A program made the translations under genes and the position numbers. The notes beneath the pieces were generated by a model. It saw nothing but the letters and a program-made list of their open reading frames with translations, was not told the origin of the DNA and searched no databases. Source: Candidatus Eiseniibacteriota bacterium (lineage in GTDB: Bacteria; Orphanbacterota; Orphanbacteria; Orphanbacterales; Orphanbacteraceae). Taken from it: a stretch of 64,000 bases of DNA. The DNA is taken from the NCBI GenBank assembly GCA_016867715.1, contig VGIW01000003.1, positions 5,251 to 69,250 of the forward strand. Reading direction: 5' to 3'. Shown piece after piece: positions 32,199 to 42,581 of this stretch (within the stretch, counting starts at the first letter, position 1; the number at the start of each line of letters is the position of its first letter).

Positions 32199-34439
32199 GT
32201 GAACCGGGGGAATGAAACCATGACGGGGGTTCGTGGAAAAACTCGAGAGGGACGCGTCGCGGGTTCGAGGAAGCTCCCGGCGGCCGTCCGAAGCGCGGCG
32301 GTCGTGCTTTTGTTCGCGGCTCTTGCGGGAAGCGCGCTCGCGCGCCCGGCGCCCGGCCAAGAGGATCTGATCGATCGGACGGCGCCGCCGGTCCACCAGG
32401 TCCCGAACTTCGGGGCGACCTATCACAACGTCGGGAAGCTCGTCCTTCATGTGTCGAACTTTGGGATCTTCGGGACCTCGGGCCAGTTCTCGTACAACCA
32501 GGCCCCGTCGGGCCAGTGGCCTCCGGGGAGCGGACACGAGTACCTGTGGGCCGCGGGTCTCTGGGTCGGCGGGGTGGTCCCGCGGCTGGACAACCCGAGC
32601 ACAGAAGATACGCTCGTTTCCTCGGCCGTGTACGAGTGGGAGTACCGGCCGGACATCTTCGATCCGGTCGCGACGATCTACCAGACGTGGGAAGGGAGGC
32701 CGGGAGGGGCGCGCAACGTCGACGACGACGGCGACGGGGAGATCGACGAGGACCCCCTCGACGGGATCAACAACGATCCTTGGAACGACACCCGGGTCGA
32801 CGAGGATCACTACGCGATCGGGCAGCAGATGTACCGGTGCGTCTTCTACGACACTTCCACGGTCCGGAACCAGTTCATCGCGGACCCGAATTGGCTTCAC
32901 TTTCCGCTCGGATTGAAGGTGACGCAGGAGAGCTACCAGTGGGTAGGGCGGAACTGGGACGACTTCGTGGGGATCCAATTCGAGATCGAGAACATTACGC
33001 TGCGCACCTTCAAGGACGTGTACGTCGGCTTCATGGTCGACTCGGACATCGGGAACGCTCGGATCACGGAGAACATCTACCTGGACGACCTGTCCAACTT
33101 CATCTCGCAGGACACCACGATCATCGTGCCGGGGCGCGATCCGGAGAAGCTGGACCTCAGCATCGGCTACATGCGCGACGTGGAGGGAGGGGACGACGGC
33201 GATAACGCGAACGCCCTCTTCGGGGTGATGTTCCTCGGACATACGGTCGACTCGACGGGGGTGAACGCCCCCGAGAAGGTCGAGATCCATGCGTATCGCT
33301 CATGGTCGGGAGGGGACGAGGACCCGGAGCACGACCGCGAGCGCTATCGCTATCTCCGCGGCGAGAACCGGGTCGGCAACCGATGGCTCCAGCACATCGA
33401 CCCGCCGGAGAGCCGTCCGGACGACTATCGAATGCTCGTCTCGGCGGGTCCCTTCCGGGAGCTTCGCCCGGGGGGCAAGCTGACGTTCCAGTCCGCGTTC
33501 GTGGTGCTCGACCCCTTGAACTATGATCGCAACGACCCGGAGCAGGTGCGCCTCTACATGCTCGGCAACGCGATCGCGGCGCAGCGGATCTTCAATCGGA
33601 ACTGGACCGCCGCCGCCGCGCCGCCGCCGCCGAACCAGGACGTGATCCCGGGCGACCGCCGGGTGACAATCGAGTGGGACGACTTCTCCGAGCTCACCCC
33701 CGACCCGCTCAGCCAGAAGTACGACTTCCAGGGATACCAGGTCTGGAAGGCGGTCGGTTGGCGTCGCGAGGCGGCCGAGCCGCGCGACGAAGACTGGTTC
33801 CTCCTGGCAGAAATCGACAAGAAGGATCTCTCCAACTTCGACACGGGGGCGCAGGGGGTCGGGAAGTACCGCTATCTCGACACGCGCGACGTGAAGAACG
33901 GGTTCGCCTACTGGTACGCGGTGACCGCGTACGATCACGGCGATCCCTCCGAAGGGATTCAGCCGGAATACGGCAAGTACTCCCAATCGCGGATGCTGGT
34001 CTATCCGCGCTTTAACCCGACGCGATCTCTCGACGACGCGGTCGATGTGTACGACGTCGATCCGACCACCGGCGAGGTTCTCTCGAAGACGACGCGGACG
34101 GACGTCAAGAACGTCCATGTCGTCCCGAACCCTTACAAGGAAGGCGCCGATTGGGACGAGGCGAGCTGGACGGATCCAACCCATCCCCTCGGCGGGAACG
34201 CCACCGGGCGGAAGATCTACTTCGTGAACCTTCCGGAGCGCGCGACGATCCGTATCTACACGCTCGGCGGAGACCTTGTGCAGACGATCGAGCACCGTTA
34301 TGATCTCAGCCCGAGCAACGACATGACGTACTGGAACCTCGTGTCTCGAAACAACCAGGAAGTGGTGAGCGGCGTCTACATCTTCCATATCGAATCCCCG
34401 GTCGGCGAGAAAGTCGGGCGCTTCGTCGTGATTCGCTAG
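32199..34439 (+). CDS. Secreted protein with a T9SS-type C-terminal sorting domain and an Asp-rich Ca-binding-like segment; function unknown
   Basis: Signal peptide. DDDGDGEIDEDPLDGINNDPWND resembles a DxDxDG-type Ca-binding repeat. The C-terminal ~80 aa, VHVVPNPYKEG...RIYTLGGDLVQTIEH...SGVYIFHIES...FVVIR, matches a T9SS CTD (PNP start, G.Y pattern). Confidence 0.7.
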   Translation: MNRGNETMTGVRGKTREGRVAGSRKLPAAVRSAAVVLLFAALAGSALARPAPGQEDLIDRTAPPVHQVPNFGATYHNVGKLVLHVSNFGIFGTSGQFSYNQAPSGQWPPGSGHEYLWAAGLWVGGVVPRLDNPSTEDTLVSSAVYEWEYRPDIFDPVATIYQTWEGRPGGARNVDDDGDGEIDEDPLDGINNDPWNDTRVDEDHYAIGQQMYRCVFYDTSTVRNQFIADPNWLHFPLGLKVTQESYQWVGRNWDDFVGIQFEIENITLRTFKDVYVGFMVDSDIGNARITENIYLDDLSNFISQDTTIIVPGRDPEKLDLSIGYMRDVEGGDDGDNANALFGVMFLGHTVDSTGVNAPEKVEIHAYRSWSGGDEDPEHDRERYRYLRGENRVGNRWLQHIDPPESRPDDYRMLVSAGPFRELRPGGKLTFQSAFVVLDPLNYDRNDPEQVRLYMLGNAIAAQRIFNRNWTAAAAPPPPNQDVIPGDRRVTIEWDDFSELTPDPLSQKYDFQGYQVWKAVGWRREAAEPRDEDWFLLAEIDKKDLSNFDTGAQGVGKYRYLDTRDVKNGFAYWYAVTAYDHGDPSEGIQPEYGKYSQSRMLVYPRFNPTRSLDDAVDVYDVDPTTGEVLSKTTRTDVKNVHVVPNPYKEGADWDEASWTDPTHPLGGNATGRKIYFVNLPERATIRIYTLGGDLVQTIEHRYDLSPSNDMTYWNLVSRNNQEVVSGVYIFHIESPVGEKVGRFVVIR

Positions 34440-34505
34440 CGAGCGGGGAGGACGGATTCCATGCGCGACGGTACTCATGAAGATAGAAGAAAGGAGCGAT
34501 TGCTG

Positions 34506-35480
34506 ATGCGGAACCGACTCGCAGCCGCGTTCGTTGGTCTCCTCCTCGTGCACGGCGCGGCCCACGGCACGGAGATCTTCGCGAAGGTGGGAACCATCGG
34601 CGCTCAGTTCCTCAAGATCGGTGTGGGGGGAAGAGGGGTCGCGATGGGCGAGTCGTTCGTCGCGATCGCCGACGACGCCTCGGCGCTTTATTGGAACCCC
34701 GCGGGAATCGCGAGGCTCGAGGGGCAGAGCCACGTGTTCTTCTCGCATTCCGCGTGGCCGGCGGACATCGGCCACGAGTTCGCCGGGTATGTCTTCACGT
34801 ACGGAGGGATCCCCGGGGTGATGGGTGTGAGCCTCAACGTGCTTCAAATGGACCCGATGATCCGCACGACCGAGTATCACCCCGATGGACGGAACCTCGC
34901 CGGCTCGCAGGAGCTCGAGCAGTTCGACGCGGGCGACATGGCGATCGGCGTCTCCTATGCGCGCTTCCTCACCGACAAGTTCGCGTTCGGAGGCACGCTG
35001 AAGTGGATTCACCAGGGCCTCGAGGACGAGTTCGCCGAGGGGCTGAACTTCGACTTCGGAACGCTCTACAACACCGGCTTCCGAACGGTCACGATCGGCA
35101 TGACCGTGCAGAACATCGGCCCGACGATGAAGTTCATCGATCAAGAGTTTTCTCCGCCGACGACGTTCAAGCTCGGCGTCGCGATGGACGCGTTTCGGTC
35201 GGCGCAACACGCGGTCCTGACGTCCGCCGAGTTCAACCATCCGAGCGACAACAAAGAGCGCGCGAATCTCGGCCTCGAGTACGAATACATCCCGCTGGAG
35301 AGGTTCTCCGTCGCTCTCAGGGGCGGCTACATGACCAACCGCGACATCCAGGATTACGCGCTCGGATTCGGCGTGGGATTCCCCACAAGCGCGACCGCGA
35401 CGGCCGACGTGAACTACTCCTTCATGAACATGAAGGAGTTGGGCGCCACGCATCAGGTCAGCGTCATCCTCAGCTACTAG
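34506..35480 (+). CDS. porV: PorV/PorQ-family outer-membrane beta-barrel (T9SS-associated porin)
   Basis: Signal peptide, then GGRGVAMGESFVAIADDASALYWNPAGIARLEG, the hallmark of the PorV/UPF0164 family. Confidence 0.65.
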   Translation: MRNRLAAAFVGLLLVHGAAHGTEIFAKVGTIGAQFLKIGVGGRGVAMGESFVAIADDASALYWNPAGIARLEGQSHVFFSHSAWPADIGHEFAGYVFTYGGIPGVMGVSLNVLQMDPMIRTTEYHPDGRNLAGSQELEQFDAGDMAIGVSYARFLTDKFAFGGTLKWIHQGLEDEFAEGLNFDFGTLYNTGFRTVTIGMTVQNIGPTMKFIDQEFSPPTTFKLGVAMDAFRSAQHAVLTSAEFNHPSDNKERANLGLEYEYIPLERFSVALRGGYMTNRDIQDYALGFGVGFPTSATATADVNYSFMNMKELGATHQVSVILSY

Positions 35481-35561
35481 CCGCGACCCGCGCCGGCGGT
35501 CGGACGGGTCGCGTCTTCCTGCGGGAGACCGTCCGGAAGAGGGCGGCGCTGGAGGTGCGGC

Positions 35562-37106
35562 GTGAGGAAGACGGGAAGACTCGGGCCGGCCACCGGAAGA
35601 CTCCTTCTCCTGCTCGGGATGGCGCTGTCCGCCGCGTCCGGTGCGAGCGCGGATTCCGACGGCGAGCCGGTGGGTTCCGCGGGGCGCATCCGCTTCGTGG
35701 TCGACGCGGTCAGCTTTCCCCGATCGGCCGGAAACACGACCGAGGAGGTCTACCTCCTCCTCTCGAGCAAGGATCTCCGCTTCGAGGACCGCGGGAACGG
35801 GACAGCCGATGCCGAGATCCGCGTCCGATTCCACTTCCGGGCCTGGCCGACCGGGGAGACGATCCTTCGCAAAGCGATGACCGCCGTTCTCCCGAAGGAA
35901 CCGAGCGCGGAGGGGGGGGGCGGTCTCCAGCTTCTCCAACATGCGTTCTCGCTGCCGGAAGGTCCGTATCAGCTCGTGGTGGAAGTGGAGGACCTACGGA
36001 CGCGCGGCTTCGGTTTCTTCCGGCTCTTCGGGAGGCGTCCAAACATGGGGAAGGCGCTCGCGTACTTCGAGGCCAAGGGGTTTCGCCCGCAAGCTCTCGC
36101 GATCTCGGACATCCAGCTCGCGCGAAGCTTGGCGCCGGATGCCGCGAGCGAGTTCGCGAAAGGGAACCTCGAGGTGATCCCGCAGCCGAACCGTCTCTAC
36201 GGCGCCCTCATGCCCGTCCTCTCGTTCTACTATGAGATCTACGATCTCGGCGACGGGCAGGATCCGGCGGGAGAACCGTACCGCGTGACGCACCGTGTGA
36301 CCGGCTCGGATGGGGCGGTCGTGCTCGAGGAGAAGGTGGCGCTTCAAGCGGCGCCCGGGGTTTCGCGCTTCCGGCGGAGCGGCACGTTCAACCTTGCAGA
36401 CCTCGATCCCGGATCGTACGATCTCCAGGTTTCCATCGAGAGCCCTTCACGCGATCTCGTAACGGAAGACGAGCGCCGCTTCCGCGTGATCTGGAAGAGC
36501 GAGGACACGGCCGGATGGGAGGCCGAGACGAGCGGCGGGCAGGCATGGAGCTACCGGGGAAGGACCTCCGAGGAGAGCGTGATCGAGGAGATGCGCCCGA
36601 TTCTCGGGCAGGGAGATCTTCAGAGGTTGGAGGGGATGGCACCCGAGGAGAGGAGGGCGTGGATCGAGCAGTACTGGAAGGCGAGGGATCCGACGCCCGG
36701 CACGGAACTGAACGAGCTCCGGGAGGAACACTATCAGCGGATTCGGACGGCGAACGTGCGATACGGAGCTCTTCTTCTCAAGGGGATGGAAACGGATCGA
36801 GGCCGCATCTACATTCGTTACGGCGAACCGGACGAGATCCGAATCGGGTTCGCCGATCAATCGTTCGTTCCCGGATCGTCCACGAGACCCGGATCGATGG
36901 GTCAGATCGGCGAGGTCGGGCGGTCGCGCGGGGGCTACAATGTAGAAGAAAAAGAGTACGAGGTCTGGACGTACAACGAAAGAGGGCGCATCCTTGGAGA
37001 TCGTGGGAAGGTGGCCGGCGGGCTCGGCCTCCGGTTTGTCTTCGCCGACCTGGAGGGCTACGGGAACTACCGTCTGGTGGAAAGCTCGGAAGAGGGGGAA
37101 TACTGA
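35562..37106 (+). CDS. GWxTD domain-containing secreted protein
   Basis: Signal peptide; the C-terminal KGMETDRGRIYIRYGEPDEI fits the GWxTD domain core. Confidence 0.65.
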   Translation: MRKTGRLGPATGRLLLLLGMALSAASGASADSDGEPVGSAGRIRFVVDAVSFPRSAGNTTEEVYLLLSSKDLRFEDRGNGTADAEIRVRFHFRAWPTGETILRKAMTAVLPKEPSAEGGGGLQLLQHAFSLPEGPYQLVVEVEDLRTRGFGFFRLFGRRPNMGKALAYFEAKGFRPQALAISDIQLARSLAPDAASEFAKGNLEVIPQPNRLYGALMPVLSFYYEIYDLGDGQDPAGEPYRVTHRVTGSDGAVVLEEKVALQAAPGVSRFRRSGTFNLADLDPGSYDLQVSIESPSRDLVTEDERRFRVIWKSEDTAGWEAETSGGQAWSYRGRTSEESVIEEMRPILGQGDLQRLEGMAPEERRAWIEQYWKARDPTPGTELNELREEHYQRIRTANVRYGALLLKGMETDRGRIYIRYGEPDEIRIGFADQSFVPGSSTRPGSMGQIGEVGRSRGGYNVEEKEYEVWTYNERGRILGDRGKVAGGLGLRFVFADLEGYGNYRLVESSEEGEY

Positions 37107-37114
37107 CAAAACGG

Positions 37115-37143
37115 TTGACAAGGCGCATGGACGTGGGTAGAGT
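37115..37143 (+). promoter_or_regulatory. Near-consensus sigma-70 promoter TTGACA-N17-TAGAGT upstream of exbB
   Basis: TTGACA at 37115-37120 and TAGAGT at 37138-37143. Confidence 0.5.
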
Positions 37144-37260
37144 CTAACTCTTGAATTTGAGCGAGGTTGTCAACCGGAGCGGGATTCCGCCCCGCGCCGG
37201 TTCCCTCTCGAGCTTCGCATCGAGAAGAGATCAAGGACCGGAAATCGGAGGAGTGCTTCG

Positions 37261-38121
37261 ATGACATCGATCGGCAGGAAGACGGGTGTTTGGGCTCTGA
37301 TGGGAGCGCTTCTCGGGGTTCTCCTCATCGCGGCGCCTCTCAGCGCGCAGGAGGATCTCGGGGCGGCGGAGGAGGAGCCGGGCGTCGCAAGCGAGGCGGA
37401 AACGGCGGTCGAGGAACCGGCCGCTTCAACGGAGGAGCTCGCGAGCGGCGCGGGCTTCGCGGACGTCGAGGAAGAGACCGGCTTCTTCGGGCGCCTCGCG
37501 AAGAGCGGGCTCGTGCAGCTCTTTGATCAGGGCGGAAACTTCATGTGGCCGCTTCTCGCCTGCTCGATCATCGGTCTGGCGGTTCTCATCGAGAGGCTCG
37601 TCACCCTCTTCCGCGCGAAGGTGAACGTGCGAAACCTGATCGGCCGAGTGGTCGAGGCGCTCAACAAGGACGGGATCGAGGGAGCGATGCGCGTGTGCGA
37701 GGAGACGCGGGGGCCGATCGCCGCGATTCTCCACGCCGGGCTTCTGAGAGCCCGGCAGGGGCGCGTGGAGATCGAGAAAGCGATCGAGACGGCGGGCGCC
37801 ATCGAGATGAGCTTCTTGGAGCGCGGGCTGATCGTGCTCTCCTCGATCGTGACGATCGCCCCGCTGCTCGGCTTCCTCGGGACGGTGTCCGGGATGATCC
37901 GCGCGTTCAACGACATCGCGGCGGCGGAGCAGGTGAACGCGAAGATCGTCGCGAGCGGTATCTCCGAGGCGCTGATCACGACGGCTGCGGGGCTCATCAT
38001 CGCGATCCCGTGCCAGGCGGCGTACAACTTCTTCGTCGCCCAAATCGATCGTTTCGTGATCGAGATGGAAGAAGCCGCCTCGGAGGTCATGGAGAGCCTG
38101 GGCACGCTGGAAGGCAAGTAA
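37261..38121 (+). CDS. exbB: MotA/TolQ/ExbB proton-channel protein with an N-terminal signal peptide and acidic extension
   Basis: The C-terminal 200 aa carry three transmembrane segments and the GTVSGMIRAF motif. The N-terminal ~90-aa extension is the Bacteroidetes/FCB style. Confidence 0.85.
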   Translation: MTSIGRKTGVWALMGALLGVLLIAAPLSAQEDLGAAEEEPGVASEAETAVEEPAASTEELASGAGFADVEEETGFFGRLAKSGLVQLFDQGGNFMWPLLACSIIGLAVLIERLVTLFRAKVNVRNLIGRVVEALNKDGIEGAMRVCEETRGPIAAILHAGLLRARQGRVEIEKAIETAGAIEMSFLERGLIVLSSIVTIAPLLGFLGTVSGMIRAFNDIAAAEQVNAKIVASGISEALITTAAGLIIAIPCQAAYNFFVAQIDRFVIEMEEAASEVMESLGTLEGK

Positions 38122-38122
38122 C

Positions 38123-38530
38123 ATGAAGATTCGGAAGAGGGCAAAAGGGGAGCCGGAAATCCCGAACGCGTCGATGTCCGACGTGGCCTTTCTCCTGCTG
38201 ATCTTCTTCCTCGTCACGACGATCTTCAACGTGGAGAAGGGCCTCGACATCGTGCTCCCGAACCTCGGGACGAGCCCGAAGCGGATCGCGAAGCAGAACC
38301 TGTGCGAGATCAGGATCGCCGCTTCCGGACGGGTGACGGTCGACGGGGTCGAGACGGCGGTGCGGGGGCTCGAGGACGTGATTCGGAGGAGGCTGATCGA
38401 AAACGACAAGACGATCTGCGTGATCGAGACCCACCCCGGATCCTACTACGGGATCATGGTGGACGTGCTCGACGAGCTGAAGCTCGCCGAGGCGACGAAG
38501 ATCACGCTTCGCACGGGCGGAGGCGGATAG
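38123..38530 (+). CDS. exbD: ExbD/TolR biopolymer transport protein
   Basis: MSDVAFLLLIFFLVT... Confidence 0.85.
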   Translation: MKIRKRAKGEPEIPNASMSDVAFLLLIFFLVTTIFNVEKGLDIVLPNLGTSPKRIAKQNLCEIRIAASGRVTVDGVETAVRGLEDVIRRRLIENDKTICVIETHPGSYYGIMVDVLDELKLAEATKITLRTGGGG

Positions 38531-38533
38531 ACG

Positions 38534-38956
38534 ATGGCGAGGAAAGAGAAGTTCAAGAGAGGCGCAAGGAAGACCGCCCCCATTCCGACGGCCTCGATGG
38601 CGGACATCGCGTTTCTTCTTCTCGTCTTCTTCATGACGACGACGATCTTCCGCATGGAGGACGGCCTTCCGGTCGAGCTTCCGAAGGCGGCCGCGACGGA
38701 GCAGTTTCCACGCGAGAAGCTCGCCCACATTTGGGTCGACGCGAGGGGACAGATCTCGATCAACGACAAGCTGGTGGACGTTCGCTCCATCCAGTCGCTC
38801 ATCTTGAGAAGGCTCCAGCTGAACCCGGCGCTCGTCGTCGCGTTCAACGCCGACAAGAGGGTCTCCTACAAGATCATGTCGGACGTGATGGAGGAGCTGA
38901 AGCAGGTGAACGCAACCAAGGTGAGCTTCAACGCCGACTACGAGCCGAGGAGGTAG
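38534..38956 (+). CDS. exbD: ExbD/TolR biopolymer transport protein (second copy)
   Basis: MADIAFLLLVFFMTTT... Confidence 0.85.
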   Translation: MARKEKFKRGARKTAPIPTASMADIAFLLLVFFMTTTIFRMEDGLPVELPKAAATEQFPREKLAHIWVDARGQISINDKLVDVRSIQSLILRRLQLNPALVVAFNADKRVSYKIMSDVMEELKQVNATKVSFNADYEPRR

Positions 38957-38959
38957 GCG

Positions 38960-39631
38960 ATGGCGCGCCTTGTCGCCACGGAAAACGTCAAGTTCAAGCT
39001 CGGCTTTCGGAAGTACTTCGACCTTGCGCTCATCGCCGCCGTGCTTCTTCACATGATCGGGTTCGTGTGGACGCCCGAGGTCAACGTGGAGGCGTACGTG
39101 ACCGAGAAGGAGGAGGAGATCGTCGTCCTTGAGGTTCCCGAGGAGGTCGAGGTTCCTCTTCCCCCGGTGGAAGCGATCCGTCCCTCGATCCCGCTCGCGG
39201 CCGAGCTCACCGAGGTCCTTGCGTCGGACGAGGCGGACCCGGAAGAGACGATCCAGGACACCGAAGTGAACGTCAAGAACCCGACCGCGGCGCGCCTGAA
39301 CTACGTCGATCCGGGCGAGATGGGCGGTGGAGACGCGGAGTTCCTCACGTACAGCGACCCGCCGATGGAAAAGCGAATTTTCCGCCCGGACTACCCGGCG
39401 CTCGCGCGCCAAGCCGGAATCGAGGGGACCGTCGTTGCGAAGGTCTACATCGACGAGAAGGGGCGCGTGATCCGGGTGGAGATCGTGCAGTCGCCGGCGG
39501 AGATCTTCAACGAGCCGGTGAAGCAGGCCTTGTTCAAGAGCGAGTTCTATCCGGCGAAGCAGCGGGACATCCCGGTGAAGAGCCGGATCCTCGTTCCGTT
39601 CGAGTTCTACATCCGGTCCGGCCAGCGCTGA
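38960..39631 (+). CDS. tonB: Energy transducer TonB
   Basis: N-terminal transmembrane segment, a Pro/Glu-rich spacer, and a C-terminal TonB_C (YPALARQAGIEGTVVAKVYIDEKGRV). Confidence 0.8.
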   Translation: MARLVATENVKFKLGFRKYFDLALIAAVLLHMIGFVWTPEVNVEAYVTEKEEEIVVLEVPEEVEVPLPPVEAIRPSIPLAAELTEVLASDEADPEETIQDTEVNVKNPTAARLNYVDPGEMGGGDAEFLTYSDPPMEKRIFRPDYPALARQAGIEGTVVAKVYIDEKGRVIRVEIVQSPAEIFNEPVKQALFKSEFYPAKQRDIPVKSRILVPFEFYIRSGQR

Positions 39632-39686
39632 TCCGGAGTCGCGTCCGTCGAGGGGAAGCGCGCCGGCCGGGTACCGGCGGAGCTCC

Positions 39687-40403
39687 GTGACGATGAGCGG
39701 AAGCAGCGAGGTCGAGCGGCCCTCACCCGACGGGCGCCCCGGCTTCTGGAACGATTGCCTGGCCCTCTGGTTCTCGCCGGCGGGCCTCTTTTCTTCGATC
39801 GCGGAAAGGCCGCGGTGGCGCGCGGCGCTCGTCCTTCTTCTCGTCCTCGTCACGCTCTCCACGTTCGTCACGCTCGACCCCCTCCTGGAGACGATGCAGA
39901 GCCGGGGGGCGGCGGAGATCCGCGAGCGGGGCGGAAGCGCCGAGGCGCTGGAGATCCTCCGCGGCCGGACGGTGCGCCTCGGTCTCGTTGTCACGGCACC
40001 GCTCCTCTTCCTTCTCGCCCTCGCCGCTCACGCGGGGGGCGCGTATCTCGTGCTCGCGGCGACGGGGGGGTTGGGCGTTGAACGGCCGTTCACGCGGCTC
40101 TTCCAGGTCGCGACATGGGGGAGGATGGTGCAGGTTCCTCGGCTGCTTCTCTGGGTGCCGCTCGTCCTGGCGAAAGGGAGCGGGGAGGTCTACTTCGGGC
40201 CGGCCGCGCTCGCCGCCGGTGAAGGCCGCTCGGCGCTCTTCGCGGTACTCGTCGCGCTCGACCTCTTCTCGATCTGGTTTCTCGTGCTCTACGCTCTCGG
40301 GATCAAGATCGTTCTCCGCGTCTCGGGGCTCCGCGCAGCCGTCGCCGCGGTTCTCCCGTGGGCGATCGGGCAGGCGATCCAGATCGCGACCGCGCATCTC
40401 TGA
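39687..40403 (+). CDS. Yip1-domain-like polytopic membrane protein
   Basis: Five hydrophobic segments; no catalytic motif. Confidence 0.5.
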   Translation: MTMSGSSEVERPSPDGRPGFWNDCLALWFSPAGLFSSIAERPRWRAALVLLLVLVTLSTFVTLDPLLETMQSRGAAEIRERGGSAEALEILRGRTVRLGLVVTAPLLFLLALAAHAGGAYLVLAATGGLGVERPFTRLFQVATWGRMVQVPRLLLWVPLVLAKGSGEVYFGPAALAAGEGRSALFAVLVALDLFSIWFLVLYALGIKIVLRVSGLRAAVAAVLPWAIGQAIQIATAHL

Positions 40404-40525
40404 CCTAGTGCCCTCGGCCTGGACTCAGGGAACGAAAGCGCCTACTCTCGCGTAGGGTGAATCGTAGGTCGGCGGCGCTTCGCCGGAGCGCCGCGGGAAG
40501 ACGCCCCCTCGACAAGGAGTCTCGC

Positions 40526-41860
40526 ATGAAGCGTGGTGTCGTTCTCCTCGCCGCATCGGCCGTGTTCGTTCTCGCGGTCTCCGTCCCGAGCGCCGACGGA
40601 ACCCCCTCCACCGCCGAGCGCGCGGCCGAGGCAATCCGAGGCGGAGTTCCGCTCGGCGTGGATCGATGCGTTGAGATCGCGCTCGACCTGAACCCGTCCC
40701 TTCGTTCGAGCCGGGAGAGCACCCGAGCGACGGAGCGGGCCGTCCTCGAGGCCTATGCCGCCTTCTTTCCTCGGGTGGACGGAGGTTACGACGGATCACG
40801 GACGAAGATCGGCTACTCCGAGTTTCAGCTCGCGGGAACGCGGGAGTTCGACAACCATGCCCTAGGGATCTACTTGAACCAAACCCTCTTCTCCTTCTCG
40901 GGCGTGAAATCGATCCATCGCGCGCGGAACAGCCGGGAAGCGGGCCGTGCGGGCTTCGATGCGGACCGTCAAGGGCTCATCTACGAGGTCCGGGCGGCAT
41001 GCCACGGGCTTCTCATGACGGTCGATCTCCTCGAGGTGGCGCGCGAGAACCTTCGGGTGGGGGAGGAGCAGCTCAAGCTCGCGGAGAAGCGGAAGGAGGT
41101 GGGAGCGGGCGTCACCGCCGACGTGCTCAAGGCGAGCGCGCAGGTGGAAGCGAACCGGCTGGACGTGATCACCGCGGAGAAGAACCTTGCGACGGCGCGC
41201 GCGGAGCTTCTCGCTTTTCTCGGCATGGATGTCACCCTTCCGATCGAGGTCGAGCCTCCGAAGGAGATCCGCACAGAGGTTCCGCGATTCGACGAGAGCA
41301 TGCGCGCGGCGGAGGAGAACCGGCCCGACCTTCGCGAGATGAAGTACGCGGCGCGCGCGAGCGAGGACGGCGCCGGAGCGGCGTGGGGCGAGTATGTCCC
41401 GTCTCTCGGGGGGAGCTTCTCCTACGGTTGGAGGGACACGATGCTGAGCGGGGACATCTTCGACGAAACGCGGAACACGTGGACCGCGAGGATCAGCCTG
41501 GACGTCCCTCTCTTCAACGTTGGGGCCGCCTCGCGCGTGCGTCAAGAGAAGGCGCGGGCGGCGGCGGCCCGCCACGGCCTTGAGGCGACCCGGAAAGGGA
41601 TCGAGCTCGAGATCCAAGAGGCGATCCTCTCGATCGAGGAGGGACTGAAGAAGATGGAAGCCGCGGCGCGCACGGTCGCGGCCGCCGAAGAGGACCTCCG
41701 CGTGTCGCGGGGGAAGTACGAGCACGGTCTCGTTCCGATTCTGGATCTCATCGAGGCGCAGGCCGCTCTTCGGGAAGCGCGCGCCGCAGAGGTCGAGGCG
41801 ACCTACGACCACATGACCGCGCGCGCGGCGTGGGAGAAAGCAGTGGGGGCGATTCGCTGA
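40526..41860 (+). CDS. TolC-family outer-membrane efflux protein
   Basis: Signal peptide; two repeats of the coiled-coil/beta pattern ([10 protein letters not shown]...; the [27 protein letters not shown]-terminus). Confidence 0.8.
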   Translation: MKRGVVLLAASAVFVLAVSVPSADGTPSTAERAAEAIRGGVPLGVDRCVEIALDLNPSLRSSRESTRATERAVLEAYAAFFPRVDGGYDGSRTKIGYSEFQLAGTREFDNHALGIYLNQTLFSFSGVKSIHRARNSREAGRAGFDADRQGLIYEVRAACHGLLMTVDLLEVARENLRVGEEQLKLAEKRKEVGAGVTADVLKASAQVEANRLDVITAEKNLATARAELLAFLGMDVTLPIEVEPPKEIRTEVPRFDESMRAAEENRPDLREMKYAARASEDGAGAAWGEYVPSLGGSFSYGWRDTMLSGDIFDETRNTWTARISLDVPLFNVGAASRVRQEKARAAAARHGLEATRKGIELEIQEAILSIEEGLKKMEAAARTVAAAEEDLRVSRGKYEHGLVPILDLIEAQAALREARAAEVEATYDHMTARAAWEKAVGAIR

Positions 41861-41861
41861 G

Positions 41862-42557
41862 ATGCCGAGCGCCAACGGATACTTGATCGAGACGCAGGAT
41901 CTCTCGAAGACCTACCGGCTCGGGAAGCTCGATGTCCCCGCGCTTCGCGGCGTCACCTTCCAGGTCCGGCGCAACGCATACATCGCGATCATGGGTCCCT
42001 CCGGTTCGGGGAAATCGACGCTCCTGAACCTTCTCGGGTGCCTCGACACGCCCACCGCGGGCGAGTACCGGTTGGATGGGGTCGAGGTCTCCGGGTTCTC
42101 CGAAGAGGAGCTCGCGGCGATCCGCAACCGGAAGATCGGGTTCGTCTTTCAAACCTTCAACCTTCTTCCGCGCGCGAACGCGTTCCAGAACGTGGAGCTC
42201 CCCCTGATCTACGCCGGGGTCGGCAAGCAGGAACGCCGCGCCAGGGCCGGCGAAGCGATCCGAGCAGTGGGCCTCCTCGATCGGGCGCGCCACCGGCCGA
42301 ACGAGCTCTCCGGGGGCGAGCGGCAACGCGTCGCGATCGCGCGCGCTCTCGTGAACCGGCCGTCCCTCATCCTTGCCGACGAGCCGACCGGAAACCTGGA
42401 CAGCGCGACCGGCGAGGAGATCCTCGCGATCTTCGATTCGATCCGAAAGGCGGGGAACACGATCCTCCTCGTGACGCACGAAGAGGAGATCGCGCGTAGG
42501 ACGGATCGGATCATCCGCTTGCTCGACGGCAGGATCGCCGACGACCGTTCGCCCTAG
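41862..42557 (+). CDS. MacB/LolD/FtsE-type ABC transporter ATP-binding protein
   Basis: [37 protein letters not shown]. Confidence 0.85.
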   Translation: MPSANGYLIETQDLSKTYRLGKLDVPALRGVTFQVRRNAYIAIMGPSGSGKSTLLNLLGCLDTPTAGEYRLDGVEVSGFSEEELAAIRNRKIGFVFQTFNLLPRANAFQNVELPLIYAGVGKQERRARAGEAIRAVGLLDRARHRPNELSGGERQRVAIARALVNRPSLILADEPTGNLDSATGEEILAIFDSIRKAGNTILLVTHEEEIARRTDRIIRLLDGRIADDRSP

Positions 42558-42581
42558 CGCCGGCCGCAATCGGAGGAGCCC

